NCBI GenBank assembly: GCA_947501605.1 | Contig: CANMWZ010000042.1 | Span: 1-36,180, forward strand | Direction of reading: 5' to 3' | Length of the DNA: 36,180 bases | Source: Planctomycetota bacterium | Lineage (GTDB): Bacteria > Planctomycetota > UBA1135 > UBA2386 | Part shown: one piece after another, positions 9,083 through 17,524 of the stretch | Layout of the letters: every line of letters starts with the position of its first letter | Numbering within the stretch: the stretch's first letter is position 1 | Notes under the pieces: model-generated | Database searches by the model: none | Told to the model about the DNA's origin: nothing | What the model saw: the letters and a program-made list of their open reading frames with translations, nothing else | Translations under genes and position numbers: made by a program

Positions 9083-9122
9083 CGAGAGCGCCGCTGGCGT
9101 CACACGGTGACCGGCGCTCTCG
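9083..9122. terminator. hairpin between convergent genes
   Basis: CGAGAGCGCCG (9083-9093) pairs with CGGCGCTCTCG (9112-9122), with inner GTCAC/GTGAC stem; no U-tract. Confidence 0.45.
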
Positions 9123-9170
9123 CCGCATACGCAGCGTGCGTGACGAGCTTGATTGCCGCCAAAGCCGCGC

Positions 9171-10073
9171 TCAATGCGCCATCGCAGCCAAAGCACGAGC
9201 CTGCGGGTCGTCGACGTCGCGCGCGCGCGCATCGCACCATTTGCTGAACTCGCCGCCGATCACCGCGATCTTGTTGGTCGCCTCGTTGTGCGGCAGTTCG
9301 CGGCCGTCGAGATGCGTGACGAGCGCAGCATCGCGCAGGGTGCTGGTCGTGAACACCGCGTCGGCACCCTCGACGTCCTCGCGCCGAAGATCGCGTTCGA
9401 CGACGCGCTCGCCACGCTGGCGCAGAAAGGTGAGCAGCAACGCGCGCGTGACGCCGGCGAGAATGCCGGAGCGCAGCGTCGGCGTGCACCATGTCCCGCC
9501 CGAGAGCACGAACACGTTGCTGGTCGACGCTTCCGTCACGTGGCCTTCGCCATTGAGCAGCAGACAATCCGTCGCGCCGGCGCGCTTGGCCTCGGCGAGG
9601 CCGAGCACGTTGTTGAGGTAGTTGCCGCTCTTGATCGCGGGGTCGAGGGCGCGGCGGTCGGTGCGCAGGCGGTCGACGATGCACAGGCGCACGTCTGCTG
9701 GGCCTTGCGGCAGCGGTCTTGCCAAGATCACCCAGCGCAGCGGGCCCGTCGCGCAGGCCAGGTCGATGCTCGGCGCGGTTCCGGTGCCGCGGGTAACGAT
9801 GAGGCGGACGTAGTGCTCGGGGTTGCCGGCCGCCGCCATCGTCGCGAACACGCGGCGCAGAATCGCGCCGTCGTCGAGGTCGAGCGTCATCGCTAGCGCC
9901 GTGCCGGAGAGTCGCATCCGTTCGAAGTGCTCGCGCCAAGCGAACAACTGGCCGTTGCGCGTGCGCACCACCTCGTAGATCGAGTCGCCAAACAAGAAGC
10001 CGCGGTCGAGCACGGGCACCACGGCCTCGGCTTCGGGGACGATCGTGCCGTCGAGGTTGCAGTAGCTCGGCAT
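9171..10073 (-). CDS. class IV PLP aminotransferase (branched-chain/D-amino-acid/ADC lyase family)
   Basis: LDRGFLFGDSIYE, HFERM, IKSGNY (PLP Lys), EASTSNVF, ILAGVTR, TSTLR; likely start MPSYCNLDG at 10073. Confidence 0.92.
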   Translation of the reverse strand: MPSYCNLDGTIVPEAEAVVPVLDRGFLFGDSIYEVVRTRNGQLFAWREHFERMRLSGTALAMTLDLDDGAILRRVFATMAAAGNPEHYVRLIVTRGTGTAPSIDLACATGPLRWVILARPLPQGPADVRLCIVDRLRTDRRALDPAIKSGNYLNNVLGLAEAKRAGATDCLLLNGEGHVTEASTSNVFVLSGGTWCTPTLRSGILAGVTRALLLTFLRQRGERVVERDLRREDVEGADAVFTTSTLRDAALVTHLDGRELPHNEATNKIAVIGGEFSKWCDARARDVDDPQARALAAMAH

Positions 10074-10188
10074 GGGATGCCTGAGCATCCGCAAGAAGGT
10101 CGCGAGCGCAACGCCGCCGTGGGCAGACTTGGTGAGGCTGCAGGTGGAGATGCGGGCGCGCCGTCCCCTCGCTACACTCGCGCGCCCA

Positions 10189-11643
10189 ATGTGCGGCTTC
10201 ATCTCGATCTTCGGTCCCGCCGGCTCCGACGTCATCCAGGACGTCCTGACCGGTCTTCTCGCGATTCAGCACCGCGGCCAGGATGCAGCGGGCATCGTCA
10301 GCTTCAACGAGAAGTTCCAGGCCAAGAAGGGCCTCGGGCTCGTGCGCGAGGTGTTCCAGGAGAAGCATCTGTCTCGACTGAGCGGGTCGATGTCGGTCGG
10401 TCACGTGCGCTATCCGACCGTCGGCCAGAACGAAGTCGGTGACGTGCAGCCGTTCTGGATCGACTTCCCGCTCGGCGTGGCCATGGCGCACAACGGCAAC
10501 GTCACCAACTTCCACGAACTCAAGAAGGACTACTTTGCGGGCCGCAACGTGCGCCTTGCTAGCAACTGCGATCTGGAGGCCGTGCTCTATGTGTTTGCCG
10601 ACCGCCTGATGCTTCGCAAGGGGGACGCTGTGACGGCCGAGGACGTGGTCGCCGCAACGCACGAGACCTTCGAACGTGTGAAGGGTGCCTACTCAGTGGT
10701 GGGGATCATCGCCGGCGTCGGCATGTATGCGTTCCGCGATCCATTTGGAATCAAGCCGTGCATCTTTGGCCGCAAGCAGACGGACGCTGGCTATCAGTAT
10801 GCAGTCGCCAGCGAGTCGGTGGTTCTCGACGTCGCCGGCTACGAGATCGTGCGCGACCTGAAGGCGGGCGAACTGCTGTGGATCGGCATGGACCGCAAGC
10901 CGCAGTTCTTCCAGGTGGGGAACAAACCGCATCGCCCGTGCATCTTCGAATACATCTACTTCGCGCGCCCGGACTCCTTCCTCGACGGCGCTTCGGTCTA
11001 CGCGGCGCGGCTCGAACTCGGCACCAAGCTGGGCGAACAGTGGAAGCAGACGGGCATCGAAGTCGACGTCGTGATCCCGGTGCCAGAATCGGCGCGGACC
11101 GCGGCGCAGACGATGGCCGAAGTGCTGGGCGTTCCGTATCGCGAGGGCTTCGTCAAGAATCGCTACGTCGGCCGCACGTTCATCATGCCGAACGACAAAG
11201 CGCGGCAGTCGACGATCCGGCACAAGCTCAATCCCATCCGCGTCGAGTTCGAAGGCAAGCGCGTGTTGATCCTGGATGACTCGATCGTCCGCGGTAACAC
11301 CAGCAGGCAAATAGTGAAGATCGCGCGGCAGATGGGCGCTGCCAAGGTCTATCTCGCCAGCTACTCGCCGCCGCTCGTCAATCCGTGTCTCTACGGAATC
11401 GATATGTCGACCAAGCGCGAGTTCGTCGCGCGCGGTCGGACGATGGCGGAGATCGCCACGGAACTCGGCGCCGACCACGTCATCTACCAGACGATCGAGG
11501 ACATGGTCGCAGCGGTGCAGAAGGTCGGCCCCAATCGTCAGTTCTGCAAGGCATGCTTCGACGGCAACTACCCGACGGGGGATATCACCGAGCGCATGCT
11601 GAGTGATATCGAAACGGATCGGCTCGAAGCGACCAAGTCGTGA
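10189..11643 (+). CDS. purF: amidophosphoribosyltransferase
   Basis: N-terminal MCG nucleophile, QHRGQDAAG, GHVRYPT, AHNGN, CIFEYIYFARPDS, PRPP loop LDDSIVRGNTS, YGIDM. Confidence 0.97.
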   Translation: MCGFISIFGPAGSDVIQDVLTGLLAIQHRGQDAAGIVSFNEKFQAKKGLGLVREVFQEKHLSRLSGSMSVGHVRYPTVGQNEVGDVQPFWIDFPLGVAMAHNGNVTNFHELKKDYFAGRNVRLASNCDLEAVLYVFADRLMLRKGDAVTAEDVVAATHETFERVKGAYSVVGIIAGVGMYAFRDPFGIKPCIFGRKQTDAGYQYAVASESVVLDVAGYEIVRDLKAGELLWIGMDRKPQFFQVGNKPHRPCIFEYIYFARPDSFLDGASVYAARLELGTKLGEQWKQTGIEVDVVIPVPESARTAAQTMAEVLGVPYREGFVKNRYVGRTFIMPNDKARQSTIRHKLNPIRVEFEGKRVLILDDSIVRGNTSRQIVKIARQMGAAKVYLASYSPPLVNPCLYGIDMSTKREFVARGRTMAEIATELGADHVIYQTIEDMVAAVQKVGPNRQFCKACFDGNYPTGDITERMLSDIETDRLEATKS

Positions 11644-11689
11644 TTTCGATCTCGTCAGCAGCTGCGAACTGAGAGCACTCTCAAGGGCG

Positions 11690-12583
11690 TCACTGTCGCC
11701 GCCGCTTCACTCGAAACCGCAGCTTTGGCACCAGCACGATCGCCTCCCGCGCCACGCCTCCACTCATCTTCGACTTGCCGACCTCGCGGTCGACGAAGTG
11801 GATCGGTACTTCGCGCACCCGGAACCCCGCGCGCACCATCCGGAACGCCATTTCGATCTGGAACGCATAGCCCTGCGCCGCGACTGCCGCCAGATCGAGT
11901 TGCTGCAGCGCACTGGTATGAAAGCAGCGGAAGCCAGCCGTGTTGTCGCGAATGCCCGACGACAGCCACATACGCGCATACAGATTGGCCCCGCGTGACA
12001 GCATGCGCCGGCGGAAGTCCCAACCCACCGTGCAGCTGCCTTTCACGTAGCGGCTGCCGATGACCAGTTCGGCGTCTTGCGATGCATGGACCAGCCGCGG
12101 CAGGTCCCACGGCGCGTGACTGAAGTCGCAATCCATCTCGCAGACGCGTTCATAGCCGTGCACGAAAGCGTCGGCGAAGCCCGCGAGGTAGGCCGTGCCC
12201 AGCCCTTGCTTGCCCGTTCGATGCAGCACTCGCACGCGCGGATCGCGCGCCGCCAGGCGGTCGGCGATCACCCCGGTGCCGTCCGGCGAGCCGTCGTCGA
12301 CCACCAGGACGTCGGTGTCGAGGTAGGAGTGGATCGCCTGCAGCATCGGCTCCAGGTTGTCCTTCTCGTTGTAGGTCGGCAGCACGACCAGCGTGCGCCA
12401 CGGCGCTCGATGCGGGTGCGACGGCAGCGGGCCGCGGTTGGCAGCCACGCCGGCGGTTGCCGCCGCGAGAGCCGCATTGCGATCCTGTCCATTCAGCACC
12501 ACGAGCTGCGAACTGCTGGTGCCCGAACGCACCGCCTGCTCGGCGGCGACGAAGTCGGCAACGACCACGAGTTCCTGGGACAT
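11690..12583 (-). CDS. polyprenol monophosphomannose synthase-like GT2 glycosyltransferase
   Basis: VVLPTYNE, VVDDGSPDGTG, GLGTAY, EMDCDFSH, IGSRY, GYAFQIEM, REVPIHFVDR; start uncertain (MSQELVV at 12583 gives a ~60 aa N-terminal extension). Confidence 0.9.
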   Translation of the reverse strand: MSQELVVVADFVAAEQAVRSGTSSSQLVVLNGQDRNAALAAATAGVAANRGPLPSHPHRAPWRTLVVLPTYNEKDNLEPMLQAIHSYLDTDVLVVDDGSPDGTGVIADRLAARDPRVRVLHRTGKQGLGTAYLAGFADAFVHGYERVCEMDCDFSHAPWDLPRLVHASQDAELVIGSRYVKGSCTVGWDFRRRMLSRGANLYARMWLSSGIRDNTAGFRCFHTSALQQLDLAAVAAQGYAFQIEMAFRMVRAGFRVREVPIHFVDREVGKSKMSGGVAREAIVLVPKLRFRVKRRRQ

Positions 12584-12685
12584 CGAGCGGGGCGAAGTGG
12601 AGGTCGGACCGGGCGGGGCAGCGTTCTGCACCGCGATAGCCGCGCTCCTTGGAAAACCCGGAGCGAGACCGTTATCCATGAGCGT

Positions 12686-13252
12686 GTGACTAGACACTTC
12701 GACCCTGCTGCTGCCAAGCAGCGTCTGCTGCAGCTCGTTCGCGAGAAGGCCTACCGCGACGGCATCGACATCACTCTCGCCTCCGGCAAGAAGTCGAACT
12801 TCTACATCAACGGCAAGAAGGTCTCCCTGCATCCCGAGGGCCTCTGGCTGATCGCGCGCCTGATGCTTGATGCGCTGCGTCGCTATCCCGACGTGACGGC
12901 GGTCGGCGGCCTCACGCTCGGTGCCGATCCGATCGCCAGTGCGATCGCGGCGCTGTCGTTCGAGACCGGCCAGAACCTGCCCGCGTTCCTCGTGCGCAAG
13001 GAGGCCAAGGGCCACGGCACCGGTTCGCGCATCGAAGGCGATCTCGTGGCCGGCCAGAAGGTCGCGATCATCGAGGACACCGTCACGACCGGCGGTTCGG
13101 CGCGCAAGGCGATCGAGGCCGTGCTCGAAGTCGGCGCGATCCCGGTCGTGGTGCTGACGATCGCCGATCGCGAGGACCCCGATGCAGCGCCGTTCCGCAA
13201 GGAATTCGACGTCGTGCCGTTGGTGACGTTGTCGGAGATCCGCGCGCGATGA
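12686..13252 (+). CDS. pyrE: orotate phosphoribosyltransferase
   Basis: TLASGKKSNFYI, GGLTLGADP, VRKEAKGHGT, IIEDTVTTGGS; GTG start at 12686 is inferred. Confidence 0.93.
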   Translation: MTRHFDPAAAKQRLLQLVREKAYRDGIDITLASGKKSNFYINGKKVSLHPEGLWLIARLMLDALRRYPDVTAVGGLTLGADPIASAIAALSFETGQNLPAFLVRKEAKGHGTGSRIEGDLVAGQKVAIIEDTVTTGGSARKAIEAVLEVGAIPVVVLTIADREDPDAAPFRKEFDVVPLVTLSEIRAR

Positions 13253-13734
13253 GCGACGACGCGGTTCGCGCCGGCATCTCGCGCGCCCTGTCGCGGTTGC
13301 CGAGCGGGCTGTTCGTGCTGACCGCCGGCCGCGGCGACAGTGCCACCGGCATGCTCGCGAGCTTCGCGCAGCAGGTCGGCTTCGAGCCGCCCACCGTGAT
13401 CGTCGCCCTCAAGAAGGGCCGCCCCATCGAAGCGCTCGTGCGCAGCGAAGGCGCCTTCTGCCTCGCCGTGATCGACGAGCGCAGCAAAGGCCTGATGGGT
13501 CATTTCGCGCGCGGGTTCGAACCCTCGCAGCCGGCGTTTGTCGGCATCGACATCGGTCACAGTGCTCACGGCGTGCCGTTCCCCAAGACCGCGCTCGGCC
13601 ATCTCGAGTGTCGCGTGCGCGGCATCGTCGACGACTGGACCGACCACGTCGTCGTCTGCGGCGAAGTCCTCGCCGGCGATGCGCGCAGCGAGCCGCCGAT
13701 GGTGCACGTTCGCAAGAACGGCTTCTCGTACTAG
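13249..13734 (+). CDS. flavin reductase family protein (split barrel)
   Basis: LSRLPSGLFVLTA, ASFAQQVGFEPP, LECRV, DHVVVCGEV; ATGA overlap with pyrE. Confidence 0.92.
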   Translation: MSDDAVRAGISRALSRLPSGLFVLTAGRGDSATGMLASFAQQVGFEPPTVIVALKKGRPIEALVRSEGAFCLAVIDERSKGLMGHFARGFEPSQPAFVGIDIGHSAHGVPFPKTALGHLECRVRGIVDDWTDHVVVCGEVLAGDARSEPPMVHVRKNGFSY

Positions 13735-13740
13735 TACTCG

Positions 13741-15096
13741 ATGACCATCGTCGCGATCGTTCCTGCAGCCGGCAAAGGGCGGCGCATGGGCAGAGACAAG
13801 GCGTTCCTCGATCTCGGCGGCACCACCGCGATCGAACGCATCGCGCATTCGCTGCTGGCGGCCGGCGTCGACGAACTGCTCGTCGTGCGTAGCCACGGCG
13901 CTGCGCCGTTGCCGAGTCTCGCGATTGCGCACCGCATCGTCCTGGTGACCGGCGAGGGCGACATGGCCGACAGCCTGCGCGCCGCCGAGAGCCAACTCGA
14001 CGCGTCGTGTGCGACCGTCGTCGTGCTGCCGGTCGATCACGCGTTGGTCGAGGCCGACACCATCGCCGCCGTCGCCGCCCAAGCGATGCGAACGGGCACT
14101 GCGATCGCGCGGCCGACGTTTCGCGGCAAGCCGGGTCATCCGGTGGCGATGCGGCGCGAGGCCTTCGCGGCCATCCGTTCGCCCGGGATCGTGCTGCGCG
14201 ACCTTGTGCGCATGGACTGGTCCAAGGTGCGCGACGTCCCGACGGCCAATGCCTGGGTGCTCGCCGACCTCGACACACCGCAGGACCTCGAGTCCGCGCG
14301 CGCGGCACTCGCCGCCACCCCGGGCAGCGTGGTGGAGCACATGCGCCGTCATCGCAGCCGGCGTTCGTACTCGCCGGCGCCGCTCATGCCCGGCCAACTC
14401 GACCGGCTCGTCGATGCTGCTCGCTACGCCTCGACCTCGAGCTTCATCCAGGCCTACGCCGTGGTCGCGGTCGAGGACCCCGTTCGCAAACGCGAGGTCA
14501 GCAAGCTGTGCGCCGACCAGAAGCACGTCCTGGAAGCGCCGGTGTTTGTCGCGATCTGTGCGGACCTGCACAAGATTGCCGCCGCTTGCTCTCAGCACGG
14601 TCAGACGGTGCAGGCGCAGAGCTTCGAACTGTTCTTGCAGGCCACGATCGATGCTGCACTGCTCGGTCAGAACTTGGCGCTCGCATGCGAGTCCGAAGGT
14701 CTTGGCATCTGCATGATCGGGGCGGCCCGTAACCACCCAATCGAACTTGCACGGCTGTTGCAGCTGCCGGCGAGTTGCTACGTCGCGTTTGGCATGACGA
14801 TCGGCACGCCCACCGACGAGCCGCTGACGCGGGGGCGCATGCCACTCGCCGGCGTTCTGCACCGCGAGGTCTACGAGGCAGCAAGAACGGCCACCGTGCT
14901 CGTGGGCGCCGATGTTTCGATGCGCGACTGGGCGGCTCGCTGCAACGAGCAAGGCGGCTACCAGGGCCGGCTCGTCAACCTCGACAAGGGCTGGACCGAC
15001 CGCATGGCCCAACTCTGGGGTGAACGCAGTAGCTACGTCGCCGCGCGCGCAAACCTGGTTGCCGAACTGAAGTCGCTAGGCTTCGATCTTCGATGA
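13741..15096 (+). CDS. fusion of MocA/MobA-like NTP transferase and NfsA/Frp-like nitroreductase
   Basis: N-terminal VPAAGKGRRMG..KA, LPVD, GHPV, DLDTPQD; C-terminal HRSRRSY, STSSFIQ, IDAALLGQN, GLGICMIGAARN; one uninterrupted ORF. Confidence 0.88.
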   Translation: MTIVAIVPAAGKGRRMGRDKAFLDLGGTTAIERIAHSLLAAGVDELLVVRSHGAAPLPSLAIAHRIVLVTGEGDMADSLRAAESQLDASCATVVVLPVDHALVEADTIAAVAAQAMRTGTAIARPTFRGKPGHPVAMRREAFAAIRSPGIVLRDLVRMDWSKVRDVPTANAWVLADLDTPQDLESARAALAATPGSVVEHMRRHRSRRSYSPAPLMPGQLDRLVDAARYASTSSFIQAYAVVAVEDPVRKREVSKLCADQKHVLEAPVFVAICADLHKIAAACSQHGQTVQAQSFELFLQATIDAALLGQNLALACESEGLGICMIGAARNHPIELARLLQLPASCYVAFGMTIGTPTDEPLTRGRMPLAGVLHREVYEAARTATVLVGADVSMRDWAARCNEQGGYQGRLVNLDKGWTDRMAQLWGERSSYVAARANLVAELKSLGFDLR

Positions 15097-15179
15097 TGGC
15101 CCCATGGCATCGCGCGGTGCTCGCCGCACGTATCGCTGTGATAGAAGAGCTCCTCCCCTCGACCCCGAGCGTTTTCCCT

Positions 15180-15947
15180 ATGCGCACTCGCACGCTGATC
15201 CCCGCCCTTCTTGCGCTCCCGTTCATGACCAGCTGCATCCCGACCGGCCGTGCCTACGTCGGTGCCGCGTTCATGAAGGTCGCCGGCGATGTCGCGTTGC
15301 AGAACGCCGGCGGCTCGTTGAACCTGGACGCCTCGCAGAGCGACATCGAAGACGACCTCGGCGCCGGCGGCTCGGATTCCAGCCCGTATGCGCGCGCCGA
15401 GGCAGACTGGGGCCCGCATCGCGTGCGCGTCAGTGGCTTTGGCCATAGTTCGGGTGGCACGGGCACCTTGACCAATGCGTATGGCGACCTGGCTGCGAGC
15501 ACCGCGGTCGGCACCGATCTCGAGATCATCAACGTCACCGGCGCCTACACCTTTGACCTGTTGCCGACATCGATGTTTCGGCTCGGCATCGGCGCACAAC
15601 TCGGCTACAGCTCGATCGACTTGACCGTGCGCCAAACCAGCGGCATTGGCTTCGAACGCGTGCGCACTGACAACTATGTGCCGATGCCGGTGGTCGATGC
15701 CGAGGTCGATCTCGGCGTCGTCGCGTTCGGCGGCAGCCTTGGCGGCTTCGAAGTGGACCTCGGCGATGCCGACGGTCGCTACTGGGATGGCGAGCTGTTT
15801 GTTCGCGCCGCGCCGTGGTCGCTGGTCGAACTCATCGGTGGCTATCGCTACCTGAGTTTTGATTCGAGCGGTGAGGCCGACAATCGCGACTTCAACGCCG
15901 ACCTCGAGTTGACGGGTTGGTTCATCGGCGGCGGCATCAAGTTCTGA
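15180..15947 (+). CDS. outer-membrane beta-barrel protein, possibly lipidated
   Basis: Signal peptide ending MTSC, alternating amphipathic strands, GGYRY, C-terminal GWFIGGGIKF (terminal Phe, BAM beta-signal). Confidence 0.8.
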   Translation: MRTRTLIPALLALPFMTSCIPTGRAYVGAAFMKVAGDVALQNAGGSLNLDASQSDIEDDLGAGGSDSSPYARAEADWGPHRVRVSGFGHSSGGTGTLTNAYGDLAASTAVGTDLEIINVTGAYTFDLLPTSMFRLGIGAQLGYSSIDLTVRQTSGIGFERVRTDNYVPMPVVDAEVDLGVVAFGGSLGGFEVDLGDADGRYWDGELFVRAAPWSLVELIGGYRYLSFDSSGEADNRDFNADLELTGWFIGGGIKF

Positions 15948-15955
15948 TTGCTGCT

Positions 15956-15980
15956 GGCCAGGGGCCGCCTGCCCCTGGCC
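15956..15980. terminator. GC-rich hairpin between convergent genes
   Basis: GGCCAGGGGC, 5 nt loop, GCCCCTGGCC; no U-tract. Confidence 0.5.
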
Positions 15981-16049
15981 GTTGCGCGGCGGCGGCCGCG
16001 CCAAAGCACGACCACCGCCGCAGGTGCACCCGACATTGGGCGAGCGCGT

Positions 16050-17000
16050 TCAGTGAACGCAGACCCGCTGGTCGGCCAGCACCAACTCACCGCTCGACAC
16101 GCCATCGCGGATCTCGGCAGCAGCGCCGCCGGGAACTCCACGAGTAACGAGCCACAGCGGCACTCCCGCGGGGTAACTCCCGCGAGCAAACGCTGCCACG
16201 CTGGGCAGCGTGCCGTCAATCGACAGCACTCGCACGTTTGCGCCCGCCGGTTGCGCCGCGAGGTGGACGAGCGCGATCGCACTTGGATCGCGAACAACCG
16301 CCTCGAACGCCGCCGTCGTCGAATCGACACCCTGAGCCGTCACCGTGAGGCGGCGACCCGGAGCGACGACGCGCATGGCGCGCTCGCACGTGGCTGTGTC
16401 CGATGGCAACAGCAATCGGATCGGGCCGGTGCCCGAACTGATCTGCCGCCAGTCCACAGCCGTGCCATCGAGCACGTCTCGGATTTCCTCCAGCCGCACA
16501 TTGTGTAGCGGTGAGGACTCACTGACTACGAACCCGAACAACTCGACTCCGAGGAGCATGGACGTCAACCCGGATTGCGCTTCGCGCATTGAGGGCGACA
16601 CGGTTGAGACTGCGCAGTCGGTCTTCCCGAGCAGCAGCAGTTCGATCGTGTCGCGATCCTCGTGGACGGACGCGACCAGACGCGATTGTGCGACACCCTG
16701 CGAGTCCGGAAAGGACCCACCGAGGATCGCGTTCGCGTTCCTACCGAGAGCGAGCAGTTGGGCGGACACCGACGGTTGCATGCCGAGCATGCGTTCCGCC
16801 AGTGGTGCAGATGGCGTATCGAAGGACGATCCGACCTTGAGGTCGACGCAGACCGGCTCCAGATCGGAGTCGGACTGGCGCCGAGCGAAACCACCGCTTT
16901 GCGGCGGCGGCAGCTCGGCACTGCAGGAGGCTAGGAGTGCCATCACGGCAAGCCGTGCAGCACTTGCGCCCCCTACCGTTGTGTTCTTCGACATTCCCAT
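16050..17000 (-). CDS. PstS-like substrate-binding lipoprotein (divergent)
   Basis: Lipobox LASC; LKVGSS, FGFVV..SPL..V.LEEIRDVLDG...DWRQI, V..DPSAIA, LSIDG.LPS, GSYP match the PBP/PstS layout. Confidence 0.75.
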   Translation of the reverse strand: MGMSKNTTVGGASAARLAVMALLASCSAELPPPQSGGFARRQSDSDLEPVCVDLKVGSSFDTPSAPLAERMLGMQPSVSAQLLALGRNANAILGGSFPDSQGVAQSRLVASVHEDRDTIELLLLGKTDCAVSTVSPSMREAQSGLTSMLLGVELFGFVVSESSPLHNVRLEEIRDVLDGTAVDWRQISSGTGPIRLLLPSDTATCERAMRVVAPGRRLTVTAQGVDSTTAAFEAVVRDPSAIALVHLAAQPAGANVRVLSIDGTLPSVAAFARGSYPAGVPLWLVTRGVPGGAAAEIRDGVSSGELVLADQRVCVH

Positions 17001-17015
17001 AACTGCGTTGAGGAG

Positions 17016-17043
17016 TTATCGAACGGTTGAGTCCTCGCATTGA
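17016..17043 (-). promoter_or_regulatory. possible sigma28-type promoter of the PstS-like gene
   Basis: Minus strand TCAATGCG-N12-TTCGATAA, same spacing as the Hpt promoter motif. Confidence 0.35.
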
Positions 17044-17524
17044 GTCCACTGTCGCGTTCTTGGACGGTCGCTGCGTGATGGGGCCGTGGCATGGGCGCGC
17101 TGCGTCACCAGATTGCGGCCGTATTCGTGGGCGCACCTGCTCGACCGACGCATCGAGAGTGGTGTCTGTGCGTGCGTGCGGCCGGCGCGCGGCGCCAACA
17201 ACGTGGCTCGAGCCATGCTGCCGCTGAGGCGCGTGGCTCGGAGGACATACAGCACAAGGAGCATGAGACGCTGCGGGCGTCGATCAGGCCGAGCTGGTCA
17301 CTCGTAGCCGCCGAGGCAAGCACAGCGATCGCGCCGTTCTACTACAGCGGCCAAGGCTCTGCGGTCAGCGCTCACCCCGCGTGCTCGCGCGCCATGGACG
17401 GTCGCCTGCCGGGTTTTGCGGCGCGAACGCGCCAGCGCCAGCGGCCGATCCGCGACGAGCTACGGCTGCAAGGGCGAGCGACCGATCACGCGAGGGCAAG
17501 AAACCGCATTCGCCGAGAACCCAT

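Noticed and set aside
12686..15096. Cobamide lower-ligand module (BluB, CobT, CobY analogues)
   Set aside because: The PRTase has canonical PyrE motifs and the reductase looks NfsA/Frp-like rather than BluB-like. No cob genes are nearby.
17044..17524. Small ORFs or ncRNA in the ~500 bp divergent intergenic region
   Set aside because: The candidate ORFs lack motifs and codon bias, and I recognised no RNA family.
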